In this document: positions 56,986 to 64,000 of the stretch, one piece after another | How the letters are laid out: every line of letters starts with the position of its first letter | How positions within the stretch are numbered: position 1 is the stretch's first letter | Assembly (NCBI GenBank): GCA_013140775.1 | Contig: JABFSA010000002.1 | Location: 16,467-80,466 of the forward strand | Direction: 5' to 3' | DNA from: Acidobacteriota bacterium | GTDB lineage: Bacteria; Acidobacteriota; Vicinamibacteria; Vicinamibacterales; UBA2999 | DNA: 64,000 nucleotides | Notes under the pieces: model-generated | Database searches by the model: none | The model's input: the letters and a program-made list of their open reading frames with translations, nothing else | Told to the model about the DNA's origin: nothing | Made by a program: the position numbers and the translations under genes

Positions 56986-57085
56986 ATCTGAGAAGAGGCA
57001 TGATCAGGCATGAATCCTTCGATTTTCCGAGCGATCCCTTCGATCGGCGCAACGCTGCCGATCCGGCATAAGCCAACATTCCTGT

Positions 57086-57337
57086 CTAGCTGGTATAGCC
57101 AGGAAACAAAATTGTGTGGATCGTGATTGCACGCGGCCCGGGGGCCTCGGGGATCACGCACGGCGCATCCTCGGGCAGGATCAGACGGCTGGACCAGATC
57201 TCGACATATTCGTCTAGTGGCCGTACCACCAGGACAGAAATGTCAGTATTCACGAATTGAGAGGGTAATGAGAACCGGTTCAGGAGGCGGATCAGACCGA
57301 TCTTGCGACCGCGGCACCCCGGGACTATGATTCGCAC
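57086..57337 (-). CDS. Candidate small ORF (83 codons, GTG start) in the amtB / EF-G divergent region, with no recognisable family
   Basis: My hand count of codon-position GC gives pos1 49/83, pos2 38/83 and pos3 57/83. That is the coding-type gradient in a locally lower-GC stretch. The composition is not Arg-inflated, unlike the shadow ORFs. I see no Shine-Dalgarno sequence and recognise no homolog. Confidence 0.25.
   Translation of the reverse strand: MRIIVPGCRGRKIGLIRLLNRFSLPSQFVNTDISVLVVRPLDEYVEIWSSRLILPEDAPCVIPEAPGPRAITIHTILFPGYTS
57303..57331 (+). promoter_or_regulatory. Candidate sigma70-type promoter for the EF-G paralog (TTGCGA-17 nt-TATGAT)
   Basis: The -35/-10 pair lies about 55 nt upstream of the ATG at 57385. 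A GGAGGG sequence lies 8 nt before that ATG. Confidence 0.4.
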
Positions 57338-57384
57338 ACCTCGACCGCTTATGGGACTCCAGGTGAGGCAGGAGGGTTACCCGT

Positions 57385-59481
57385 ATGAAGGTGTTCGACG
57401 CAGCCGACATCCGGAATGTGGCCATTGTCGGCCACAGCGGATGCGGTAAGACCCAGCTGGTGTCGGCGATGCTCTTTGCCGCCGGCGCCGTCAACCGCCT
57501 AGGGAAGGTTGACGACGGCTCGACCGTTACCGATTTCGACGAAGAATCCATCGCCCGCAAGCACACCCTCGCCGCCAGCCTGGCCCACGCTGAGTGGCAA
57601 CGAACCAAAATCAACATCATCGACACCCCCGGGTTCGCCAACTTCATGACGGACGCCCGCTCGGCGCTCCGGGTGGTCGAGACCGCTCTCGTCGCGGTCG
57701 ATGCCGTCTCAGGTGTCGAAGTCCAGACCGAGAAGCTGTGGGCCGAAGCAGCCGGCCTGAACCTTCCGCGCATCGTTGTGCTGACGCGGATGGATCGGGA
57801 GCGCGCGAGCCTCGAACGCACGCTGGAATCGCTACGCCGCGACTGTGCACGCGAGATCGTCCCGATCCAGATACCGATGGGCGAGGAACGCAGTTTCGTG
57901 GGCGTCGTAGACCTCGTGCGCATGCGGGCGCTGACCTTCGCCACCGATGACAGCGGAAAGATGACCGAGGCAGACGTTCCGGAGGCGCTGGCCGCCAGCG
58001 CCAACGAGGCGAGAGAACGGCTCATCGAGTCCGTAGCCGAAGCCGACGAGGCGTTGATGGAAGCCTTCTTTGCCGAAGGCACGTTGACGCAGGACCAGTT
58101 GCTCACGGGGCTCCGCACGGCCACCGCTGCCGGGCGCCTGTTTCCGCTGGTGTGCACGTCGGGTCTTCACATGGTGGCCGCCCAGCCACTTCTGGACGTC
58201 ATCGTCAGCTACGTGCCCTCGCCTGCGGCGCGCGAATACCCTGCGCTCACGCGGGCAGGAGAGGAGACCGGCGTACAAGCCGCCAACGGCGTTCCCTACA
58301 TGGCGCGCGTCTGGAAGACCATCGCCGACCCGTTTGCGGGGCGCATCACCATGTTGAGAGTCGTGTCCGGCGCAATCGCCTCGGACACGACGGTCTACAA
58401 CCGCACGCGTGATGCGCAGGAGCGCCTGGGTCACCTGCTGGCCCTCCAGGGCAAGACGCAGACGCAGGTGCCTGAACTGCGGGCTGGCGACATCGGCGCC
58501 GTCGCCAAACTGAAGGACACACATACAGACGACGTGCTGTGCGACAAAGCGGCGACGGTGACGTTTGCCAGCATCACGTTTCCGGAGCCGGTGCTCGCCT
58601 ATGCCATCGAACCCCGGAGCCGCAGCGACGAGGACAAGATCAGCACGGCGATGCAGCGCCTGCGCGAGGAGGATCCCAGCATCGGATACTCACGCGACCC
58701 GCAGACACACGAGCTGCTGCTCGCCGGACAGGGACAGCTGCACATCGGCGTCACGGTCGCCAAGCTGAAGCGGCGGTTCGGCGTCGAGGTCAACCTGAAG
58801 CCACCAAGGATCCCGTACCGGGAAACCATCACCGCCGCCACCGAAGCACACGGACGACACAAGAAGCAGACGGGCGGACACGGCCAGTTCGGTGATTGCA
58901 AGATCCGCGTGGCGCCGCTGCCGAGAGGCAGCGACTTTCAGTTCGAAGACGACATCTTCGGAGGGGCGATTCCGCGGCAGTTCGTGCCGGCTGTCGAGAA
59001 AGGCATCCAGGACGCGCGCGCCCGCGGATTCCTCGCCGGCTTTCCGATGGTGGACTTCAAAGCCACGGTGTTCGACGGTTCGTATCACGCCGTGGACTCG
59101 AACGAGCTCTCGTTCAAGATGGCGGGCTCGCTGGCTTTCAAGGACGCCATGTCGCGGGCGAGGCCGACCATCCTCGAACCCATCATGCACGTCGAGGTCT
59201 ATGCGCCGAATGATTTCGCCGGCGATTTGATGGGTGATCTCAACGGGCGCCGTGGCCGCATCGGCGGCATGGACACCAGAGGAAGCATGACGGTGATTCG
59301 AGCGCAGGTTCCGATGGCCGAGATGCTGACCTATGAACAGCATTTGACCTCAGCTACCGGCGGGCGAGGCTCGTATCACATGGAATACTCACACTACGAA
59401 GAAGTGCCGCACGAGCTGCAGACGAAGATCATCAGTGCCGCGAAGGCTCAGCGCGGACACGAGGTCGTCGAGGAAGCCTGA
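57385..59481 (+). CDS. Elongation factor G paralog (EF-G2-like) outside the str operon
   Basis: 698 aa with full EF-G domain order, including DTPGFANF, TRMDRE, domain IV and the C-terminal motif GRGSYHMEYSHYEEVP. The P-loop is divergent: AIVGHSGCGKTQ instead of AHIDAGKTT. Confidence 0.88.
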   Translation: MKVFDAADIRNVAIVGHSGCGKTQLVSAMLFAAGAVNRLGKVDDGSTVTDFDEESIARKHTLAASLAHAEWQRTKINIIDTPGFANFMTDARSALRVVETALVAVDAVSGVEVQTEKLWAEAAGLNLPRIVVLTRMDRERASLERTLESLRRDCAREIVPIQIPMGEERSFVGVVDLVRMRALTFATDDSGKMTEADVPEALAASANEARERLIESVAEADEALMEAFFAEGTLTQDQLLTGLRTATAAGRLFPLVCTSGLHMVAAQPLLDVIVSYVPSPAAREYPALTRAGEETGVQAANGVPYMARVWKTIADPFAGRITMLRVVSGAIASDTTVYNRTRDAQERLGHLLALQGKTQTQVPELRAGDIGAVAKLKDTHTDDVLCDKAATVTFASITFPEPVLAYAIEPRSRSDEDKISTAMQRLREEDPSIGYSRDPQTHELLLAGQGQLHIGVTVAKLKRRFGVEVNLKPPRIPYRETITAATEAHGRHKKQTGGHGQFGDCKIRVAPLPRGSDFQFEDDIFGGAIPRQFVPAVEKGIQDARARGFLAGFPMVDFKATVFDGSYHAVDSNELSFKMAGSLAFKDAMSRARPTILEPIMHVEVYAPNDFAGDLMGDLNGRRGRIGGMDTRGSMTVIRAQVPMAEMLTYEQHLTSATGGRGSYHMEYSHYEEVPHELQTKIISAAKAQRGHEVVEEA

Positions 59482-59514
59482 ACGCGTTCGATTGAAAAAG
59501 AAGAAAAAGAAAAA

Positions 59515-59539
59515 GGGCCGGCGCGTGCCGGCCCTTTTT
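59515..59539. terminator. Bidirectional rho-independent terminator between the EF-G paralog and rplQ
   Basis: The hairpin GGGCCGGC gcgt GCCGGCCC is followed by TTTTT. It is preceded by the purine tract GAAAAAGAAGAAAAAGAAAAA, which reads as a U-rich tract on the other strand. Confidence 0.8.
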
Positions 59540-59587
59540 GTCATACCCAGACTCTTCGCGGCGATTCGCTCGCCGCACGACCAGTCC

Positions 59588-60175
59588 CTACGAACCGCCG
59601 GCCTTCCGCGGGGTCGTAGACTTCCGGCCACCTCGCGTCTGACCCTTGGCCTGTCCCTTCGATGCGGGCGTGTCGCCCTTGTCACCCCGGAGCCTGCGGG
59701 CAGCCGCCTTGAGCCGATCGCCGACACCCTTGCTCTTGGGCTTCGCGGCTTCCTTCTCGGCAGTCTCTTCGGCGGCCTTCTTCGGGTCATACTCGCTCCC
59801 GACAAGTTCCACCTGGGCCACCTCAGCGGAATCGCCGCGCCTGAAACCGGCACGCAAAATACGGGTGTAGCCGCCGGGACGATCCGCGAATCGCGGAACG
59901 AGCGTGTCGAACAGCTTGCCGACCACGTCCTTGTCAGGCAGCTCGGAGAGCACCATCCGCCGCGCGTGCAGAGTCTTCCCCTGAATAGCAGAAGCGGCTA
60001 CCCCGCGCTTGGCGACGGTGATGAGCTTCTCAACAAAGGGGCGAAGCTCCTTGGCCTTCGGCATCGTGGTCTCGATCCGCTCGTGCCGAAGGAGAGCCAT
60101 CGCCTGATTGCGGAGCATCGCCACGCGATGCTCCGTCACGCGACCTAGTTTTCGATGTGCAACGTTGTGTCTCAT
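59588..60175 (-). CDS. rplQ: 50S ribosomal protein L17 with a basic C-terminal extension of about 70 aa
   Basis: It begins MRHNVAHRKLGRVTEHRVAMLRNQAMALLRHERIETT and contains GGYTRI. An extra Lys/Ala/Gly-rich tail follows. Confidence 0.95.
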   Translation of the reverse strand: MRHNVAHRKLGRVTEHRVAMLRNQAMALLRHERIETTMPKAKELRPFVEKLITVAKRGVAASAIQGKTLHARRMVLSELPDKDVVGKLFDTLVPRFADRPGGYTRILRAGFRRGDSAEVAQVELVGSEYDPKKAAEETAEKEAAKPKSKGVGDRLKAAARRLRGDKGDTPASKGQAKGQTRGGRKSTTPRKAGGS

Positions 60176-60188
60176 AGTGAAACCTGTG

Positions 60189-60209
60189 GTCTCTAGTCTT
60201 TAGTCTCTA
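60189..60209 (-). repeat. Second copy (inverted) of the TAGAGAC/TAAAGAC heptamer repeat, in the rpoA-rplQ spacer
   Basis: The reverse complement of 60189-60209 is TAGAGACTAAAGACTAGAGAC, identical to 37741-37761. Related words (ACTAAAGAC, GAGAGACT) occur in forward orientation at 60253-60276. Confidence 0.75.
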
Positions 60210-60287
60210 GTAGCGCGCCCCTCACTCGGTAGGCCCAAGGCCAACCGGACGCACTAAAGACCAACAACGAGAGACTGAACCGATCGC

Positions 60288-61274
60288 TTACTCCTGCCCC
60301 GACGCCGACGACTGATCCAGACGCATGCCGAGGCTCAGTCCCATCGTGTGGAGGATCTCTTTGATCTCGTTGAGCGATTTGCGTCCGAAATTCTTGGTCC
60401 GAAGCATCTCGGCTTCCGTCTTCTGCACCAGCTCGCGAATCGTGCGGATGTTTGCGTTCTTGAGGCAGTTGTACGAACGGACCGACAGCTCGAGCTCTTC
60501 GACGCTCTTGTCGAGGTTCTCGTTCGCGGCACCCGTGCGTGGCTGGTCGGCCTGCGCTTCCGGCGACTGGTCGCTCGCATCATCGAGATTGATGAAGATG
60601 TTGAGGTGGTCGCGGATCAGTTTGGCGGCCAGCGAGACCGAATCCTGCGCCGTAACGGAGCCATTGGTCCAGACATCGATGGTGAGCTTGTCGTAGTCCG
60701 TGGTCTGGCCCAGACGAGCCGCCTCGACCAGATAGTTCACCTTCTTGACCGGCGAGTGCACCGAGTCCACGGGAATCCAGCCGATGCCCAGATCCTCATC
60801 AAAGTTCTTGTCGGCCGAGACGTAGCCGCGGCCGCGCTTGATTCGAAGCTCCATGTTGATCTTGCCGCCAGCCGACACCGTGGCGATGTGCGCTTCGGGC
60901 TCGAGAATTTCCAGGTCGGCGTCCGCCTGGATGTCCTTCGCCCGCACGATGCCAGGCTTCTCCACCTTGAGGTAGAGCGTCTTGGTGTGATCGACGTGAA
61001 GCTTGAGCGGAATCTGCTTCAGGTTCAGGATGATGTCCGTCGCGTCCTCGACTACGCCGGGGATCGGCGAAAACTCATGCAGCACACCGTCGATCTTCAC
61101 GGCGGTAATGGCCGCTCCCTCGATCGAGGACAGCAGGACACGCCGAAGTGCGTTGCCGACGGTCGTGCCAAATCCACGTTCGAACGGCTGGGCGTAGAAC
61201 CGCCCGAACCGATCGGTCAGCGTGTCGCGCTCGAATTCCAGGCGCTTCGGTCGTTGAAAACCCTTCCAGAGCAT
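60288..61274 (-). CDS. rpoA: DNA-directed RNA polymerase alpha subunit
   Basis: It contains [38 protein letters not shown] and the C-terminal domain sequence [24 protein letters not shown]. Confidence 0.97.
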   Translation of the reverse strand: MLWKGFQRPKRLEFERDTLTDRFGRFYAQPFERGFGTTVGNALRRVLLSSIEGAAITAVKIDGVLHEFSPIPGVVEDATDIILNLKQIPLKLHVDHTKTLYLKVEKPGIVRAKDIQADADLEILEPEAHIATVSAGGKINMELRIKRGRGYVSADKNFDEDLGIGWIPVDSVHSPVKKVNYLVEAARLGQTTDYDKLTIDVWTNGSVTAQDSVSLAAKLIRDHLNIFINLDDASDQSPEAQADQPRTGAANENLDKSVEELELSVRSYNCLKNANIRTIRELVQKTEAEMLRTKNFGRKSLNEIKEILHTMGLSLGMRLDQSSASGQE

Positions 61275-61391
61275 CGTGTGTCCTTTCGCTAACGGGCCGG
61301 CAGCTCCGGCCTCCAGACCTGCATGTCATGCCGCCGGCCTCCCGCCGCAGGTCAGAAAGGCTGCGGGCCGACGGGTGCGATAAGCCAGCTC

Positions 61392-61476
61392 GTAGCTTGT
61401 AGCCGGTAGCTCGTAGCGAACCGACGCTACCACTACCGTTCGTGCTACCAGCTACTGGCTACTGGCTACCAACTAC
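61392..61476. repeat. Inverted arrays of a heptamer repeat ((NNGTAGC)x4 facing (GCTACNN)x5) in the rpsD-rpoA spacer
   Basis: GTAGC occurs at 61392, 61399, 61406 and 61413. GCTAC occurs at 61444, 61451, 61458 and 61465, with ACTAC at 61472. The period is exactly 7 nt. The arms are complementary around an inner hairpin, CGGTAGCTCGTAGCG aaccga CGCTACCACTACCG. Confidence 0.7.
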
Positions 61477-62102
61477 TTCGAATACAACTCGACGATCAGC
61501 TGCTCCTGAACGGGCAGATTGATCTGCTGGCGGTTCGGGATCGATCCGACCTTGGCCGACATGCCTTCGCCTTCGAACTGGAGCCACTCAGGCACGCCGC
61601 GGCCCTTGACCTCTTCGAGGGCGTGCAGAATCGCCGCACTCTTCCGGCTGATGGCTCTGACCGACACGATATCGCCGGGCTTCACCGAGAACGACGGGAT
61701 GTCCACCTTGCGGCCATTCACCGTGAAGTGACCATGGCGCACGAGCTGGCGCGCAGCCGCCCGCGAGGTCGCGAACCCGACGCGGTACGCCACGTTGTCG
61801 AGGCGGCGCTCGAGCAACTGCAGCAGCGTCTCACCCGTGATGCCGCGCGTCCGTTCAGCCTGTTCGAAATACCGCCGGAACTGATCTTCCAGCACACCGT
61901 AGATGCGCTTGACCTTCTGCTTCTCGCGCAGCTGAATGCCGTAGCCCAGCATCTTCGACTTCCGGGACTTCCCGTGCTGCCCTGGCGCAAAGTTGCGCTT
62001 TTCGATGGCGCACTTCTCCGTGTAGCAGCGCTCGCCCTTGAGGAACAACTTCATTCCCTCACGGCGGCACAGGCGGCAGACAGGTCCGATATATCGAGCC
62101 AT
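61473..62102 (-). CDS. rpsD: 30S ribosomal protein S4
   Basis: It begins [26 protein letters not shown] and has an S4 RNA-binding domain ([26 protein letters not shown]). Confidence 0.97.
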   Translation of the reverse strand: MARYIGPVCRLCRREGMKLFLKGERCYTEKCAIEKRNFAPGQHGKSRKSKMLGYGIQLREKQKVKRIYGVLEDQFRRYFEQAERTRGITGETLLQLLERRLDNVAYRVGFATSRAAARQLVRHGHFTVNGRKVDIPSFSVKPGDIVSVRAISRKSAAILHALEEVKGRGVPEWLQFEGEGMSAKVGSIPNRQQINLPVQEQLIVELYSK

Positions 62103-62118
62103 TCCTTCTAATCCTCTC

Positions 62119-62559
62119 CTAGACGCGACGACGCTTGGTGGGGCGGCAGCCGTTGTGCGGTATCGGTGTCACGTCGCGGATCGACTTCACCTCGATGCCC
62201 ACGGTCTGAAGCGCGCGAATCGCCGACTCGCGGCCAGAGCCCGGCCCCTTGACCCGCACCTCCACCGACCGCAACCCATAGGTCTTTGCGGCGTTGCCGG
62301 CATTCATCGCCGCCTGGGTCGCCGCGAACGGCGTCCCCTTGCGGGAACCTTTGAAGCCGATGCCGCCCGCACTGGACCACGAAATCACGTTGCCTTCCGT
62401 ATCCGTGATCGTGATGTGCGTGTTGTTGAACGACGCGTGAATGTGCGCGTATCCATGATGGACGACACGCTTCTCTCCACGCTTCTTGAAGGCCTTGCGA
62501 GGTGGCTTCTTGCCTCCCTCGGCTTTCTTATCTGTCTCTGCCGCGTCAGTCTTGGCCAT
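62119..62559 (-). CDS. rpsK: 30S ribosomal protein S11
   Basis: It contains [26 protein letters not shown] and [13 protein letters not shown]. Confidence 0.97.
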   Translation of the reverse strand: MAKTDAAETDKKAEGGKKPPRKAFKKRGEKRVVHHGYAHIHASFNNTHITITDTEGNVISWSSAGGIGFKGSRKGTPFAATQAAMNAGNAAKTYGLRSVEVRVKGPGSGRESAIRALQTVGIEVKSIRDVTPIPHNGCRPTKRRRV

Positions 62560-62562
62560 CGA

Positions 62563-62937
62563 TTACACCGTCTTCTTCTTCGCGACCGCGCCCTTCCGGG
62601 GGCCTTTGCGGGTGCGCGCGTTGGTCTTGGTCCGCTGGCCGTGCACCGGGAGATTCCGGCGATGGCGGAGGCCTCGATAGCAGCCGATTTCCATCAGCCG
62701 CTTGATGTTCATCGAGATCTCCTTGCGGAGGTCGCCCTCGACGCCGCCGACATCCTCGAGCACACGGCTGATCTTGCGGACGTCCTCTTCGGAGAGATCC
62801 TTGACCCGGATGTCCGGGCTCACGCCTGCGGCTCCAAGGACGTCGTTGGAGCGCTTCCGCCCAAGACCGTAGATATAGGTGAGACCGATCTCGATCCGCT
62901 TCGTTCGCGGAAGATCGACGCCTGCTATGCGTGCCAT
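62563..62937 (-). CDS. rpsM: 30S ribosomal protein S13
   Basis: It begins [26 protein letters not shown] and contains [26 protein letters not shown]. Confidence 0.97.
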   Translation of the reverse strand: MARIAGVDLPRTKRIEIGLTYIYGLGRKRSNDVLGAAGVSPDIRVKDLSEEDVRKISRVLEDVGGVEGDLRKEISMNIKRLMEIGCYRGLRHRRNLPVHGQRTKTNARTRKGPRKGAVAKKKTV

Positions 62938-62977
62938 CTGTTCTCTCTTCCTCTTCGCTGACTGACGCTCGACGCTG

Positions 62978-63091
62978 CTAGCCCTGCCGCTGCTTGTGCT
63001 TCGCGTTCGTGCAAATGACCCGGACTACGCCCCGGCGGCGGACGACTTTGCACTTGTCACACATCTTCTTGACTGACGCTCGTACCTTCAT
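62978..63091 (-). CDS. rpmJ: 50S ribosomal protein L36
   Basis: This gene is not in the supplied ORF track. I translated the minus strand by hand to [37 protein letters not shown] (37 aa). Its ATG overlaps the infA stop (ATGA). Confidence 0.93.
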   Translation of the reverse strand: MKVRASVKKMCDKCKVVRRRGVVRVICTNAKHKQRQG

Positions 63092-63315
63092 GTCGTCCCT
63101 CGTACTACCTTCAGTATCCGGCCGCGGCTCAGGTCCCGCGCTGTCAACTCCACCACGACCCGGTCACCAACCAGCAGCCTGACAAAGTTCTTCTCAAGAC
63201 CGCCGCCGGCGTGGGCCGTAATGTGCCTGTCTCCGTCGACTCCGATCCGATACAACCCGCTCGGCAACTGGGCCTCGACCACGCCCTCGATCTGCCGATC
63301 AATCCCGCCGCTCAC
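63088..63315 (-). CDS. infA: Translation initiation factor IF-1
   Basis: 75 aa with a GTG start and an S1-like fold pattern ([59 protein letters not shown]). Its position between map and rpmJ is conserved. Confidence 0.9.
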   Translation of the reverse strand: MSGGIDRQIEGVVEAQLPSGLYRIGVDGDRHITAHAGGGLEKNFVRLLVGDRVVVELTARDLSRGRILKVVRGTT

Positions 63316-64000
63316 GTGCGGGCAGCGTTCTCCAACTCCGCGTCACGTGCCGCATCTCCCGCGAGCAACGTGAGAATCTCGCATCCGCCTGAGGCCACGA
63401 CGACGGTGTGTTCGAAGTGTGCCGACAACGAACCGTCCTTCGTCACTGCCGTCCAGTGGTCGCCGAGAATCCTCGTCTCCGGCCCCCCAACATTCACCAT
63501 GGGCTCGATTGCGAGCACCATGCCTTCCGACAGACGCGGTCCGCGGCCACCAGGACCATAGTTCGCGATCTGCGGCTCCTCGTGCAGTTCGGTGCCGATC
63601 CCATGCCCGACGAACTCTCGAACAACGGAATAGCCATGAGCCTCGACGTGTGCCTGCACGGCCGCTCCAATATCCGAAACCCGTGCGCCCGGCTTGACGG
63701 CGTCTATGCCCCGGAACAGCGCCTCTTCCGTCACCTTCAGCAACTGGCGTGCATCGGCAGACACCGAGCCAACCGCCACCGTCACCGCAGAATCGCCGAA
63801 ATACCCCCCGAGCTTGGCGCCCATGTCGAGCGACAGCACGTCACCTTCCGCAAGCTTTCGCGTCGATGGGATTCCGTGAACCACCTGCTCGTTCACCGAC
63901 GCACACACTGTCGCCGGGTACCCGTGATAGCCCTTGAACGCCGGCTCGGCGCCGGCCGCACGCACCAGCGACTCAGCGGCGGCATCAATCTCCTGCGTCG
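63312..64000 (-). CDS. map: Methionine aminopeptidase type I, partial (N-terminus lies beyond the window end)
   Basis: It contains FKGYHGYPATVCASVNEQVVHGIP, DMGAKLGGYFGDSA, GHGIG, and the metal ligands EPMV and EHTV. The frame stays open to position 64000. Confidence 0.93.
   Translation of the reverse strand, partial: TQEIDAAAESLVRAAGAEPAFKGYHGYPATVCASVNEQVVHGIPSTRKLAEGDVLSLDMGAKLGGYFGDSAVTVAVGSVSADARQLLKVTEEALFRGIDAVKPGARVSDIGAAVQAHVEAHGYSVVREFVGHGIGTELHEEPQIANYGPGGRGPRLSEGMVLAIEPMVNVGGPETRILGDHWTAVTKDGSLSAHFEHTVVVASGGCEILTLLAGDAARDAELENAART

Noticed and set aside
57243-58157. 304-aa minus-strand ORF opposite the EF-G paralog
   Set aside because: This is a shadow ORF with Ser/Arg/Ala-rich translation. 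The plus-strand frame has the GTPase motifs.
60348-61292. 314-aa plus-strand ORF opposite rpoA
   Set aside because: This is a shadow ORF inside the RNA polymerase alpha gene.
61392-61476. Possible CRISPR array, considered because of the regularly spaced short repeats
   Set aside because: The units are 7 nt and directly abutting, with no spacers. The arrays are under 40 nt, and no cas genes are present. This is a tandem/inverted heptamer repeat, not a CRISPR array.
62958-63082. 13-nt exact repeat TGACTGACGCTCG at 62959-62971 (rpmJ-rpsM spacer) and 63070-63082 (inside rpmJ)
   Set aside because: By my rough estimate, exact 13-mers are expected by chance many times in a 64-kb window when both strands are counted. 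There is no further extension of identity. It is probably coincidence or a trivial local duplication.

Overview
This is a GC-rich bacterial chromosomal window, densely coded, with many 4-nt start/stop overlaps. I saw no rRNA, tRNA, CRISPR array or mobile element. All calls come from reading motifs by eye; I ran no database search.

The window has four blocks:

- **Housekeeping block (1-21.6 kb).** It contains nusA (3' end), infB, rbfA, a DHH phosphoesterase, truB, rpsO and pnp. These are followed by a cupredoxin-like protein, an M48 peptidase, smc, an S41 peptidase, tatA, tatC, a HEAT-like protein, proS (archaeal type), nadB and aroB.
- **Type IV pilus supercluster (21.7-47.0 kb).** Its order resembles the Myxococcus xanthus pil locus. 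On the minus strand it reads: OM beta-barrel, pilB, pilT, pilC, pilS, pilR, pilA, VKOR-thioredoxin fusion, ABC ATPase, ABC-2 permease, TPR-like protein, pilD, histidine kinase. An 8.6-kb block follows, holding two divergently arranged minor-pilin sets and a coiled-coil gene. The cluster ends with an orphan sigma54 response regulator.
- **Efflux and nitrogen block (47-59.5 kb).** It contains a Yip1-like protein, a MacA-like adaptor and two FtsX-type permeases with no ATPase. Next come the nitrogen module amtB, porin, glnD, glnB and a divergent EF-G paralog.
- **Ribosomal block (59.5-64 kb).** This is the tail of the alpha/spc ribosomal cluster: rplQ, rpoA, rpsD, rpsK, rpsM, rpmJ, infA and map (partial).

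The items most worth a second look are:

- The duplicated minor-pilin sets that share a roughly 580-nt control region containing sigma54-type promoter matches.
- A PilW-like pseudopilin with no leader peptide (Met at +1, Glu at +5).
- A Cys-rich protein of about 1010 aa with a PilX-type N-terminus, which may act as a tip adhesin.
- A VKOR-Trx oxidase wedged into the pilus locus.
- Families of heptanucleotide tandem repeats, dense in stop codons, in intergenic spacers. They include an exact 21-mer shared by the pilA 3' region and the rpoA-rplQ spacer.

The phylum (Acidobacteriota- or Myxococcota-like) is only a guess from gene content.
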